Shown: positions 1 through 12,762 of the stretch, piece by piece | Numbering within the stretch: position 1 is the stretch's first letter | Layout: every line of letters starts with the position of its first letter | Assembly (NCBI GenBank): GCA_015680685.1 | Contig: MNCI01002331.1 | Coordinates: 407,264 to 471,263, forward strand | Reading direction: 5' to 3' | From: Gnetum montanum | Lineage: Eukaryota > Plantae > Gnetophyta | Length of the DNA stretch: 64,000 bases | Program-made: the position numbers and the translations under genes | Notes under the pieces: generated by a model | Database searches by the model: none | What the model saw: the letters and a program-made list of their open reading frames with translations, nothing else | What the model was told of the DNA's origin: nothing

Positions 1-125
1 CAAGATTGTTCAGGGCACCGCGGATTCATTTTTCCAGCATAGCCCTCGCATGGATCCGTGGTTAAAACTATGTACATGGGATTTTGTTTGGTATTTTCCA
101 GATGCCGACATTTTCCGTCGTTACA
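1..125 (+). mobile_element. 3' end of a Tat-family LTR (rest of the element lies left of the window), inserted in the Athila-like integrase
   Basis: gttcagggcacc...ttttccagatgccgacattttccgtcgttaca aligns by eye with the 3' ends of the Tat LTRs at 39911-40035 and ~56530-56659. It ends in CA and abuts integrase sequence. Confidence 0.75.
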
Positions 126-129
126 TATC

Positions 130-2330
130 CTATAGATGATTTCTAGGAAATCCTATAGGCCCATAGAGCATCATTCATTTTAGTGCTCCAGTCCTTTCTA
201 AACCTACTAACTATCCTAGCAAGTATCCTAGTAATTTCTTGGTTAGTAACTTTGGTTTAACCATTTCCTTGGGGATGATATGGTGTGGCTAGCTTATGGT
301 TCATCCAAGTGGTTGCATGATCTTTTTGAACATAGCACCAATGAAGTGAGTCCTGTTATCTGATATGAGCATTCTCGATACTCCAAATCTATTCACCACA
401 TGCTATTGGAAAAATTTGGTAACTATCTTTGCTATACAGTCTTTTATTACTGCGACCTCTACCCACTTAGTGCAGTAATCTATAAGCACAATTATGTACC
501 CTTTTTCATTCAACATCAGTGTTAAGGGCCCCATAAAATCACTTTTTCATATGTCAAAGGATTCAACTAGTTGTATCCATTATTGTGGCCCTTTATATCT
601 AGTCATAATTCCTCCATCTCTTTGGCATTGCTTACAAGATTGCATAAAATTATGGGTATCTTTGAACAAGTTTTGCCAAAAGTAGACTACCATCATTAGT
701 TTGAGTGTTGTTCTATGCCTTGCATAGTGGCCACCACATGGGTCTTCATGGGCATCCTGTAAGACTCTCTATTGATCACACTTTGGTACATACCATCTGA
801 TTAGCCCATCTACATACATCTTGTACAAATTGCCATTGATTTACATATATCTTTTTGTTTTATGAAGGAATTGTTCTCATTGTTTCTTACTCCATTCAGC
901 AAGAAGCTCTTATGTTAATAGATAGGTTAGATATTCTATGGTCCATAGCTCCCATGTTAAACTTACAACCTTTACTATTTGTGTAAATAAGTCCTCATTG
1001 GGGAATTGGTTAGATAAAGGTTTTGCCTAATCCTAGAAATTCCACTTTAGCCTTGATAAATGAATGGCTAACACATTTTCTGTTCCTTTTTTATTGATCA
1101 TTGTGATGTCAAATTCTTGTAGGATAATGAGCCATCTAATCACTCTAGGGATAACCACTGGTTTATTCATGAGAAACCGAATGGTACTATGATCAGTATG
1201 GACATAGATCGGATATCCAAGCACATAATGTTTGAACTTCTTAAGTGCGTACACCATGGTCATTAGCTCCTTTTTCATTGTGGTGTAATTCAATTATGCT
1301 CTAGTGTTTCTTCTACTAGCACAATGTATATAATAGGGTCTCTTGTGATCATCTAGCTGTGTCAATACTGAATCAAGTGTGTAATTAGAAGCATTAGTCA
1401 TGGTGTGAAAAGGCCTAGACCAATCTAAACCTTGAAGGATTGGCGTTTCAACTAGTTTCTACTTTAGAGCTTCAAATTCCTTTTCATATGAATCTATCCA
1501 TTTGAAGTGTGTATCTTTCTTAGTGAGTGGTTTTGCTATCTTTGAAAAATTCTCTATAAATTCTCTATAATATCTCTTGTGGCCCAAGAATGATCTTACA
1601 TCTTTTATTGTTTGTAGCCTTTGAGTGATATTCTATATGACTTGAATTTTCTTAGGATCTACCTTAATACCTTTCTTAGAGATTTTATGTTCCAACATAA
1701 TACCATCCTGGATCATAAAGTGGCTTTTCTACTAGTTGAGCTTTAGATTGGTTTCCACACATCTTTTTAGTACTTTCTCTAATTAGTCTAGTGCTTGCTT
1801 GAAATCTAGACCATATGTCAAAAAACTATCCATGAATACTTTGATGCCATTTCCACTATGTTGTTGGAAAATGCTTAGGACCAATCTCTAGAAGGTGGTT
1901 GGTGCATTGTAAAGATTGAAGGGCATATACTTGTAGGCAAACAGTCCCTATGGACTGGTGAACGTTGTCTTCTCTTAGTCTTTAGGTGCAATGCAGATCT
2001 GATTATATTTACTGTATCCATCTAGAAAACTGTAATACTCATGTCATGTGATGGTATCTAGGACATGACCAACAAATGGCAAAGGGAAGCGATCCTTGAA
2101 TGTAGAAGTGTTCAACATTCAAAAATCAATTTAAAGTCACCATTTGCCTTCCTTCTTTGGAACAATCACTAAGGGACTAATCCATTCGCTATCTACAATA
2201 GGATAGATGAATCCTACCTTTAGCCATTTTTTCAACTCTTGCTTGAGTACTTCTTTTAGTTTGGGATTCAACCTTCATTGGGTTTGGTGTCATGGTTTGA
2301 CTATTGGATCAATATATATTCGATTTAACA
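130..2330 (-). pseudogene. pol: pol (RT - RNase H - integrase), many stops and frameshifts
   Basis: RT KVFMDSF (YxDD-equivalent) near 1830. RNase H ORF 1033-1293 (NYTTMKKELMTMVYALKKFKHY...TDH...RWLIILQEFD). Integrase HEDPCGGHY near 720-750 and core DYCTKWVE near 460-480. Confidence 0.9.
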
Positions 2331-2679
2331 AATTCTTAGATCAATTCCAATGATCTCATCGTAAGACCACACAAATGTTGTGGACCATCTATTAATTACT
2401 TCTAACAACTTCCTCTTCTATTCTTCTTTTAGGTTGGCATTGATTATTACTAGCTTCTTATTATTTAGAAAAGCATAGTCTAATGTCACCGATAGGACTT
2501 TTAGTTATAGTGGTTCTGGCTCTATAGTGTCTAGGATTTTTAGTTGTTCCTAGTCTATCTCTTTTTTATGAGCCCATTTTTCTTAATTGTTCTAACTTAT
2601 CAAATTTTATAACATAGGCACTAACAATTTACTTTGTTGGTTCCATGTACCTGTTGGGCTAAGTTTCTTCATCTATGAT

Positions 2680-3230
2680 CAACCATTGGGTGCCTTCTTG
2701 TTGTGTAGCTACTGCATACATACATTTTTGCACACATATTTCTTCTATAAATTTTTTGCATGCCTTGGTATCTTCTCATTTAATGGGTTATATCCTTTGC
2801 ACAAAATTACATCCATTATCGTTGTATGTGATACATGGAACTCTATGTCGTTGTATGATACTAGCTTCATCTTCCTTGGAAATCTCCAAGGACAAGTCAT
2901 GAATCCCATGCTTAGCATTGACAATGCTAAGCCAAGCTCTTTCCATGATGACTGTAAATTCTCCCTTATTTTTATCAACATGGATTACTACAAAATATGT
3001 AGGGTAAGAATAGCCACTACTGGTGATGATCATATCATCCACTTATCCTAGTGGAATTATGATCAACTGGTCTACAAGCTCTAACTAGATGTTACTCTTC
3101 TTTAATGGTGGTAGATTCTAGGCCTAATACATGTCTTGTGAGATCATGTTCACTCTTGACCTAGAATCAAGTATAAGTTTACATGGTTTCTTCCCTGTTA
3201 TCTAAAGGTAAGCTAAGGAACTTCCTGGAT
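2680..3230 (-). pseudogene. Aspartic protease region of the Athila-like element
   Basis: Minus-strand LILDSRSRVNM (degenerate DSG) near 3145-3180, followed by FVVIHVD...VIMERAWL in ORF 2788-3042. Confidence 0.7.
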
Positions 3231-3499
3231 TTGTCTAATTTTTTGGAAGGGATCCTTCCTTTATCCCATGGGTGATTGTCTCATAGGGAAGTTTGTTATT
3301 CTTTGGAGGATTGGATGAGGATGGAATAGAAGTAGATGTGATCCCTATCCTTTGAACCTTCTCAAGACTTGTTTGAAAGAATGGTCATTTCCTAGATTGT
3401 GGTTCACATGTGATCACATCCTCCTACGTGTTGACCATCCTTGTTGAACTCTTCTATTGTCATTGTAACTATAGTTTTCCATACATGATAGGAGGTGGT

Positions 3500-5676
3500 A
3501 CTAGTGGAAGAGAATTTGGATGTTGATTGGAAGAACCAATTGTGGATGGATGCATGTTTGATTTTGAATTTGTCCTTGTTGGTTTTGATCTATGGTACTT
3601 AGTGGGATAATATTATGGAGTTTGAACAACAACATTACCAGAAGAGATTGGACATTGCACATAGTATCCATATGGGTTTGACTACTAATATAAATATTAT
3701 TGGTATGGTGGTGGCATGGCCCATTATTGGGATTGTTGCCATTGCTGATGGTAACACTCATGTCACTATAGGTAGGCCCCACTAGGATAGTATGTTGGTT
3801 GGAGGGTTTTCCTGTAGTTACCTTGAGGATAAGGTAATTGTTTGGGAATTTTTTTTTCACAAATATAGGATTAAGTGCATATGCCCCCATCTCTTGTAAG
3901 TGTGCCATTGCTAGACAACATCCTTTGGGATGTTCTTATTGGCATATGGCACATCGTTCCACATCTTTGGAGCTTGTGTTTGAATACTCCGCCATTGAAT
4001 CTACTTTTTCTTTTCATTCAAAATCTTTCTTCTTCTTCTTATTTTTGCCCTTACCAAAGCCTTGCTCTATTATTTCTTCTACAATATTCAATGTTGTTGC
4101 AAAATTTTTGTCAACTAAGTCCTACATTTTCTCTACCTCTGCTACAATGTTAGTTACAAATTTCTAAATTGGTAGAGTATTCTTATGAATTACCTAATCC
4201 AAGGTTTCATCCTCTTGAGTATCAAGAACTCTTACATCTCTTTTCTTGATAGATAGATCTCTATTATATTCTTTTGTTGATTCTCTCTTTCTTAACTCAC
4301 CTTCCTCTTTTGCCACTTGATTAATCAATCTTTGTATATGATGGGAAAACATCTTTGACAACTGTCCTTGAGCATAAACTACAAGGGTCTCTCTAGTCCT
4401 ATTTTGTAACCCATCTACAATGTGCCTTAGCTATTCCTGTTGTGAGAATCCATGGCCTGGGCATCTATGTAGTAGTGAATAATACTTGCCCATTATTGCT
4501 TCAAGGGATTCATGGATCCCTTACTTTCATCCTTGGATTTGTTTTCACAAATTGAACATCCATGAATAAGTTTGATATTTATCATTGAAGAGCTCTAACA
4601 TGGTACTCCATCTTCTAATTGATTTTGGTTCAAGTGATTTGTACCAACTCTCAGCTTCGTTTACAAATATTCATGGAAATAACTGCAATTTTTGCTAATC
4701 ACTTTCAATATTTTGCAGGGCATAGGCATTGTGAAATGCTTGAAGGTGGTTTTGAGGATCAACATCATAACCACCCTCAAATCTAGACATGTTATTCATA
4801 TAGCCATTTGATACAGCTATTCCTAATGTTCTTGGTTAGCATATAAATAACTTTCCTAATGTTGATTATTATTTAAGTAGCTAATAGGGGTTCATCGTCA
4901 TAATCAAGTTTGATGGCTCTATTGTAGTGATATCCCCTTTGATGCTCATGTCATTCTTGGTCTTCTTTCCTATCTCTACATCTTCTTCATTCATAATCTT
5001 GATCTTCTCATGTGAATGCCTTAGGTGATAGTCATGGCAATCATGAGTCCTTCTCTCCTTCTTGTCATGGTCATGGTCATGATAATCATGAGGATTAGGA
5101 TGAGGTAGTAGGAGAATGATGTCAACTTATCCTCCTTTCATGACTCTGGTATTTTTCTCTGTAGGATCTAGCAGAAAATTTTGGCCTTGAGTCCTGCTTA
5201 TACTTTGAGTTAGTTTCCTCCCTCTTAGGTGTCTTTGTTAGGATGAAACATAGTTGAACTTTGATAGGTTCCTCCAATTAAATGATAAGTGTCTACGAAT
5301 AGACTTCATGATTTTGGAGTTGCTCAATGATGAATGCATCACCATCAAGCTCTTCTAAGATAATAGGAGAGATGACTTTATTTACTTTATTTTGGACATG
5401 TTTAATTTCCATGGAAACATCTCTCACTACTTGCTCCTCAGTGGGATAATAGGGTTGTGTCATGTGTTTGGTCACATGATATCCATCAAGTGCCTTACTT
5501 GGATTCATGATCCTTAGAGCTATTGGAAGCATGATAGGTGTTAAGCACTTTGGAGGTAGAACAATGTTACCTTGAAGATCTCTCCAACTTAGTTTCCCAT
5601 CTTGGTGAAAGATGAAATTAAAATCGAGATAATAAGGATCATGATGAGCATATGAAATCCTTTCTTGCATTAGCAT
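3500..5676 (-). pseudogene. gag: gag (retrotransposon gag capsid domain), degenerate
   Basis: 4300-4800 translates to RFEGGYDVDPQNHLQAF...LFP...WYKSLEPKSIRRWSTMLELFNDKY...LLHRCPGHGF, homologous to the gag ORFs at 12763 and 20637. Confidence 0.85.
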
Positions 5677-5886
5677 ACTTTATTCTTTTTTGTTACTAAT
5701 TCTATCATTGCCCTTTTTTGTCTCTATAGAAGGCAATGATATTTCTTTGTTTAAAGCCATGTTATGGATTAAGATGTTTGGTTAAGTATGCTTACTTTTA
5801 GAGTTATTAGAAAACTATGAATTTTAAATTTGTGTTTTTTATACAATGAACTTTATGAAATTAATTACTTAGCATACATTGACTTA

Positions 5887-5904
5887 TCCTTGGCAATGAT
5901 GCCA
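5887..5904 (-). promoter_or_regulatory. Primer binding site (Athila-type, tRNA-Asp-like)
   Basis: Minus strand tggcatcattgccaagga, 1 nt after the LTR end; a transition-decayed form of TGGCGCCGTTGCCGGGGA. Confidence 0.75.
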
Positions 5905-5905
5905 A

Positions 5906-6740
5906 TGATGAGTGGTGGAGTAATCCAACACCTAACCAAGCAAGTCATAGGTATTCATGCATGACCAGGTCATAATCTGTGGATAAGGTAATGTTAATAT
6001 GCTAGCAATTGGTTTAATTTTGAGATCATTTTCTTCCCACATGGAGCTAGTGACGTCTATGTGTATATTTTAGCTCATCGTGAGGTATATGATATCAAAT
6101 GTTGTTTGGCCATCCTTACTCCTAGAAAACATAATGAAATGGAATTAGTGTCTAATCCTAAGTCTAAGTAATTGTAAGAAAGTAAATTTATCTTAGCCTA
6201 ATGTGATGGATATCTAGTCTTGGTCTATAGTACACACATTGGACTCATGTAGTCATCACTAGGATTACCAAGTGTTATTACTACGGAGGAAATCAAGCAA
6301 TGCTAGTACTAGGTTATCAGATAACTACACTTAGTGCTTGAACCAATCATATCCATACCACTTACTTTTAACATGTAAAATAAAATTATTGTAAATTAAA
6401 TGATTAACTAAGAAAACAAGAAAAAATATTCTAAGTAAACATAAGAAAACTAAGTAGATGCTACAATGATGATAAGAAATCTCAATCCTTATTGTTGACC
6501 ATGAATTGTGTCCAAGTACAATTCATTGGAATAAAGACATTATACAATAGCTCAACACCACATTGCGGGCATACACTCTATTGCTAACTACAAAATCAAA
6601 CTTCAAGAGTTCTAGTACTAGTGGAATGAAACTTATGCACATCTATGCACCTAAGTGTTGTATTTATAGGTTGCACACATCCTGCAATATTGGATTTATG
6701 ATGACGTAGCATGTGCTATGATATTGAATATATGACATCA
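5906..6740 (-). repeat. 5' LTR of the Athila-like element (right boundary approximate)
   Basis: Starts tgatgagtggtgg like the other LTRs of this family and shares ggattaccaag. TATA box (cctataaata on minus) near 6661-6670. Confidence 0.7.
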
Positions 6741-7429
6741 TATATATAATATTGGAGTTATGATATCATTGGCCAATAAAAATTAACTTTATCACCTATC
6801 CTATCAAACTCTCAACACATGCTTACTAAAATAGAATAAAATCACTCAGTCCTCACTATTATGCTAATCAAATGATGGGAACATATAGGAAGGGGAGTTA
6901 GAGGAAGAATAGATAACCATGAAAGAGAAGAGATGAAATATAGAGTCACAAAATCTACAAAATAATAAACTTATGGCAAGAAATAAGGGACATCACCGAT
7001 ACATCAAGTTAAGGTGTTATGCCATAAAAGTGGATCATGGCTAAATCTCACATTCGAATAATATCAATAATTGATAATTAATAAATTCTCTCTTTGTCCC
7101 ACTAAAACTCAAAAAATTCTTACATGAAGTAAAAATAGTAGAATCCTCATTGCTCTCTACATCAGGTAGATTACTAATACATGTCCTTACCATAGCATCT
7201 TGATAATAAGATATGTTAGTAGAATGAGATAAACAAAGATTGGGAAAAATATAGGAAGTTATGATAGAGAGATAGAGAAGAAGGATAGTAGAAAATAAAA
7301 TGAAAGAGAATGAGAGAGAATGAAAAGAAAGATAAAAAGGGAATTAAAAGAAATGGAATAAAACATAGATAAAGTAAAAGATAAAGGTTAGAAAAAACTA
7401 AAGATGATAGACTTTTTTCATTTTATTCT

Positions 7430-7453
7430 TGTGTGTGTGTATGTGTGTGTGTG
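7430..7453. repeat. (TG)n microsatellite
   Basis: tgtgtgtgtgtatgtgtgtgtgtg. Confidence 0.9.
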
Positions 7454-7639
7454 CATCTTAGATGTAGTACCTTTGAGATATGCTTTGTTTATAGGAACTA
7501 GGTACTAATTTTCATCTAAATCTACCCATTAGTATGTTCCTACCAAGATTCTTAGGAATAACGAATGAGCCTAGCTAGTTTGTAGAGAATTTGGATGTGT
7601 TAGCATTAAGGAAATGTTGCAAAATAAGATCACTTACTT

Positions 7640-9440
7640 TAATGTTTCTTAGTTTAATATGCTTATTATGGTGATGGTGCATAGTTTCTTGATGATTTTG
7701 AATGTTAATTACTACTTGCTTGTGATTTTATTCAATGGTGTCTAGCTCAACAAAGTGCATTTTATCATTCTCCTCATCTATTATCCAATTGTTCAAGGCT
7801 TCTTGAAGAGAAGACATGTCCAACTCCACTGGTGACATTTCTTTAAATCCATCAGTTAGCATGAATGGGATTTGATTAGTTGCATTTTGAAAAGTGGTTT
7901 AGTAGACCCAAAGAGCATGGAATAACTGTGTATGCTAATTTCATTGGGATTTGTTAACCATAAATTTGAGCAAATAGATTAGGGAGTTATTGGTTAACTA
8001 AACTTGATCATTGGATTCAAGATAGTATGGGGATGGGAATAATTGGATAATTTGGGATTGCTTATACAATTTAGCAAGCTATTTACTCTTTGAATGGGGT
8101 TCATTATTAGTAAAAATGTGGAGGAGCATATAAAATAGGTGATGATGTGATTCAAAATAAAATGATAGATGTAATTAGATGTCATAGATTTCAAGGGAAT
8201 AACTTCAACCCACTTGATGAAGTACTATGTAGTCATTAAAATAAATTGATGAGTAGTAAAAGATGAAGGATTCATAGAACCTGTGATATCCAATTCTTAT
8301 TATTGGAAGGTTCATATGGTTTCCAAGGTTCTAGGCCCTTGGGATGATACATAAATAAGTAGAGCATGACATTGGTAGGTATTATAAATTTTAACTATCA
8401 TATGTGCATTCCTAAACATCATGGGTCATCATTAACCTAATGAGATAATCTAAGCTACTAGAGAGCATGATCCCAAGTGACTATTACATACACTTGAATG
8501 AACCTACACTAGAATAATATGTGCCTCATCATGACTTAGGCAACATAGAAGAATGCCTAATGTAGAAATATGATACAAAACACTAGAATAAAAAACATAA
8601 TAATTTTTAGAATTTTTATGGAGAAAATCCTTTTATGATGAAGGTAAGTTTTTGGGCATTTCTCTAGTTTGGAGATATTATATAATGTCTCAAAATTGTT
8701 CATCTTCTTTTAAGTTAACTACACCAATGCATTGTGTATCTATGAGAGTTAGAGGTGTATCTTGTATTATATGTGATAAATGATCATTAAGTAAAATAGA
8801 ATCAATAATAAGAGTAAAAGTAGTTAATGTATTTGCAAGCATGTTTTCCAAATGATGGATATGTATTAGCAAGCATGCATTAAACTGTATGATATGTTTT
8901 TTAACTAAATTAAGATAAGGCTAAAGGTATTCAGCCTTGCAATGATATTCATTATTTATTTAGCATATAACTAATTGAGAACCTTCACAAACTAAAAAAT
9001 TTTTCATTCCTAACTACATTGTTATGATTAAACCTTGATTAAGATCCTCATATTTAGTAATTTTGTTTGTGCATTGAAAATTAAATTTATAAGTTTGATA
9101 GATGGGATTCATACCTTTGTGATAAAGGATGCAAGATGCACTAGAATCTTTAGCTATATGAGGACCATTAAAATACAACTATGAATCAAAATCCACATGT
9201 GTTAAAGCTAAGGTTAGAAGAGGATCAATTTTACTATTATGCGGTTCCTTAGAAGGAGGTTAAATAGTTGTGGAAGATGGTTATGATAATAGGGCTAATG
9301 TAAGACTCTATTGTGGATTGGCCCTTTATGAAGTGTTGAGAGATGTATGATAAGTCAAACTTAGTGATGAATATTTTCCACTTTACCATGTGATTGTTAT
9401 CATAAGGTTTTGATGAGATGGATTATAAGACATTTTCATG
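7640..9440 (-). pseudogene. pol: Tat-type pol fragment: RNase H C-terminus, archaeal-type RNase H, integrase
   Basis: Minus-strand HMVKWKIFITKFDLSYISQHFIKGQ (~9320-9395), LYFNGPHIAKDSSASCIL (aRH start, ~9125-9180), QFILMTT*YFIKWVEVIPL (~8190-8250), HALWVY*TT...PFMLTDG (~7850-7920). Collinear with 51700-53400. Confidence 0.85.
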
Positions 9441-11702
9441 ACATATAACATGGACCTTTAACCCCAATAGGTACTATCTGTAACATCCTCCTTCCTAGAG
9501 TAAGGTTGAAGAACATTACATTAAGTTAGAACCCATAACAAAAGATTGGTCATGGCGGAGAAGGGAAATGTAATCGGTCTAACATATTGAAAGGAAGATT
9601 TAAGGTGAAGTCATGACTAAAAGAATATGGAAAAGATTAAATAACGAAAAGATAAATGTGAATAAATTACATCTTTTAATGGTAAAAAATGTATGAATAT
9701 ACTAAAATTAAAATATAAAATGAAATATCAACTACATTGATAATCATAAGCTTCATAAATTTATCAACACATACATCTTACATAAAGAAATATATCAATC
9801 TTCAAATATGATATGTATTCATCATCAATGCATAATTCATAATCCATACAAAGGAGTTCTACAAATGACTAAGCATGTTAATCAAATTAATATACATCTA
9901 CATATGGATTAGCAAATTTAGCTTTATCATGTAATCTAAAGAAAAGTACCAAACTCACTCTATGCTCTTCCTAGCCTTGAAAACTTTATAAAAATAAGAA
10001 CATCAACTTACACTAAGTGAGAAACCTTGGCACCCTATTCTAACTAAATCAAGAATAAGTCTCATGGGGGATAGGTAGAACATGCTAGCTTGTAAAACAA
10101 ATAATTGCAAAACATATCTAAGCATCCAAACACTACAAGCATCTAAAATCATTCATCAAAGATGGAATCAAGAATCCACAAAGCATTCAAAAGCTCAAAT
10201 ACCAAACATCTATCCATCAAACATGAGATCAAATCTCCAATTGCTCATTCCAATGGTCCAATACCAATATTTGTTCACTACACCCATTAACCACAAAAAA
10301 ACAAGGAGCCTAACATGCACTATACACTGCGTCAAATATGTATAAGGTTTTCATGTGTAATTTTCTAATTTTCCAAAGTCAAATATCAAATTACTATGTG
10401 CATGGATTTATTATTATACTCAATGAACCTTAAGTGTCCTAGTGAATCTCACCTTTTAGGTTCCCAAACCTACCAGTGCTAGAGGCATCTATCAAGACAT
10501 CACCTCTAACATTTTAGAGGCACAAATCAAAATGACCAATAAGCCATGAATCACCCCCTTTTTTAGGATGGGGCCTATAGCAAGAGCCAAAATAGTGCAC
10601 TTACAATAGAGGTCAATCATCAATCCATCTCCAAGAAGCCCATCTCCAATTGATCACAAATTTGGTGCTAGCTTCAACATTGAAACACACTACAAACAAC
10701 CAACCATGGCATCATCCAAACATAAAAAAATCATCCAAATATGGCAAATCAAACATTGATGATGGAGGGATCCAAAGCATCTTTCAACATGAGCCAAAAT
10801 ATTGAACAATCTATCATGTCCTGAAATAACCAAAATATCCAAGAATCTATCATGTCTTAATAAAACTAAAAGGTCAAACAATCCAACATGTGCCAATCCA
10901 ACCAAATGTTTAGCAATCTAACATGTTAAAAGAAACCAAATCCTCCAAAAATCATACATACTCAAAATGACCAAAGTAAGCCCAAAAAAATGCTTATTAC
11001 AAAATACTTAAAATATCCAATAATCAACGACAAGTCAAATCCATTTGACAAATCATAATGATGGAAATAAAAAGGGTAAACCAATATTTATCAATACTAA
11101 AGAGAAAAATAGTAATATCGAGAACCATAATCTAAGAAAATGTTACATCCACTTAGACCACTTCACTAAGAATCCAAACTTCCCAAAATTGTGGCTTAAT
11201 TAGATCTTAAATAAATAGAACATCCATCAACAAAACTATAATCATTCACACATGTATAGGAATTTCTTACCAATTTATAATTCATTTGAAACTTAAAATC
11301 AATATCTACTTCCTAATAAAATTCTAGATCAATCAAAGATTCATAGTAAGATATATTAGCACGTAATTCTAGGTAATATTAAATTTTCAAAAATATAGAT
11401 AGAAATGAATGATTAATATTAAATTAATTATAACTCTATCATAACAAACTAATTTTCACCAATTCTACTTCTTTAAAATCCTAACATCCATGAAAGAGAC
11501 TCATATAAATTTCAAGAGAAAAATCACTACAGATAAAGATGTATAAATAGATACATCTATGTATTAGAAATTGGCCTAATCTTAGATAGCACCTAAAGAT
11601 TGGATCCCAACTCTTAGCCTAAACATTATTTTTTTAGTGATTTTAATTGGATATGAATACTATTACATATATGTAGATCATATAAAAATTTTAGAGCCTT
11701 AT

Positions 11703-12618
11703 TGATGAGTCATGATCTGTCAGGTCCTGTTATCAGACCCGTATTATATGATGAGTCCCATTATCGGACCCCCGCTATCAGGCCCTTGTTATCTAATGAG
11801 TCCTGGTATCAGACCCTCGATATTGGATACCTGATATCGCAACCTGATGTAATATCACATACACGATATCGTGGCCTATCTCCTTGCCTATAAATAAGAG
11901 GAAGTGCCCTTGGTTTCCACATTAGTTCTTAGTCCCTTACCCAGACTCTTGTAGTTTTTCCTTCTTAGAGTTAGAATTATTTCTCAATGCATGCCTACAA
12001 TGTGATGATTGTAATTGTACGACATCATTTATTCAAGTGTGATGTACTTGGACATGCACATGACCAAAAATAAAGATCGAGATTACTTCATCATTGCAGA
12101 ATTCACTTAGTTTAATTATTTCATTGTTATTGTTATTTATTGATTTCGTAGTTAATATCTCTTTACTCTAAACTCCTTAATTGCAGAATGAGTACGACTT
12201 AATCATGAGCATTCAAGTGTGACTACTTGGTATCCCAGTAGCGTACCTAGGCCATGCACTTGGTAATCCAAGTAGTAGTCGTGCACAAGGTCCAAGATGT
12301 GTATGGATGATTAAGGAACAGATTCTCATCACACTTAGGCTAGTTTAGATTATCTCTCTCTTTTCCTCCTAGCTTGATTAAAGATTATTTTCCATTGTCT
12401 CTAGGAGCAGCATTAGTTTAGGAACACATCATACACCTCACTCTAGACTACACCATACGTGAAAAAGAAAATACTAGTCTAGGTGGGAAGACAGCAAACT
12501 ATGATCAATGAGTAACTATCTAGATACCACAACTAGCCCATCTGTAGAGTTCAAATGGATCATGCGTGAAACGCTCATATTTGTATGGCTGAGTGAAGGG
12601 GTACCTCACCACTCATCA
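11703..12618 (+). repeat. 5' LTR of element A (916 bp, termini TGATGAGT...ACTCATCA)
   Basis: Direct repeat of 23104-23966, 8-bp terminal inverted repeat, TATA cctataaata near 11887. Confidence 0.92.
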
Positions 12619-12619
12619 T

Positions 12620-12637
12620 TGGCATTGTTGCTGGGGA
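12620..12637 (+). promoter_or_regulatory. PBS of element A (tRNA-Asp-like)
   Basis: tggcattgttgctgggga directly after the LTR. Confidence 0.8.
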
Positions 12638-12762
12638 TAGTGCTAGTTATCTAGATTAGTTACATCATACAAGACTGCTGTAGCAAAGTATTAATGATAT
12701 ATCTTTTAGAAAATAATAATAATAATAATAATTGCAATTAAATCACACAAAAATTTACAACC

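Larger units (their letters stand above)
126..6740 (-). mobile_element. Degenerate autonomous Athila-like Ty3/Gypsy LTR retrotransposon (5' LTR, PBS, gag, protease, RT, RNase H, integrase)
   Basis: Domain order gag-PR-RT-RH-INT on the minus strand, an Athila-type PBS, and an LTR ending ...ctcatca. Confidence 0.9.
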
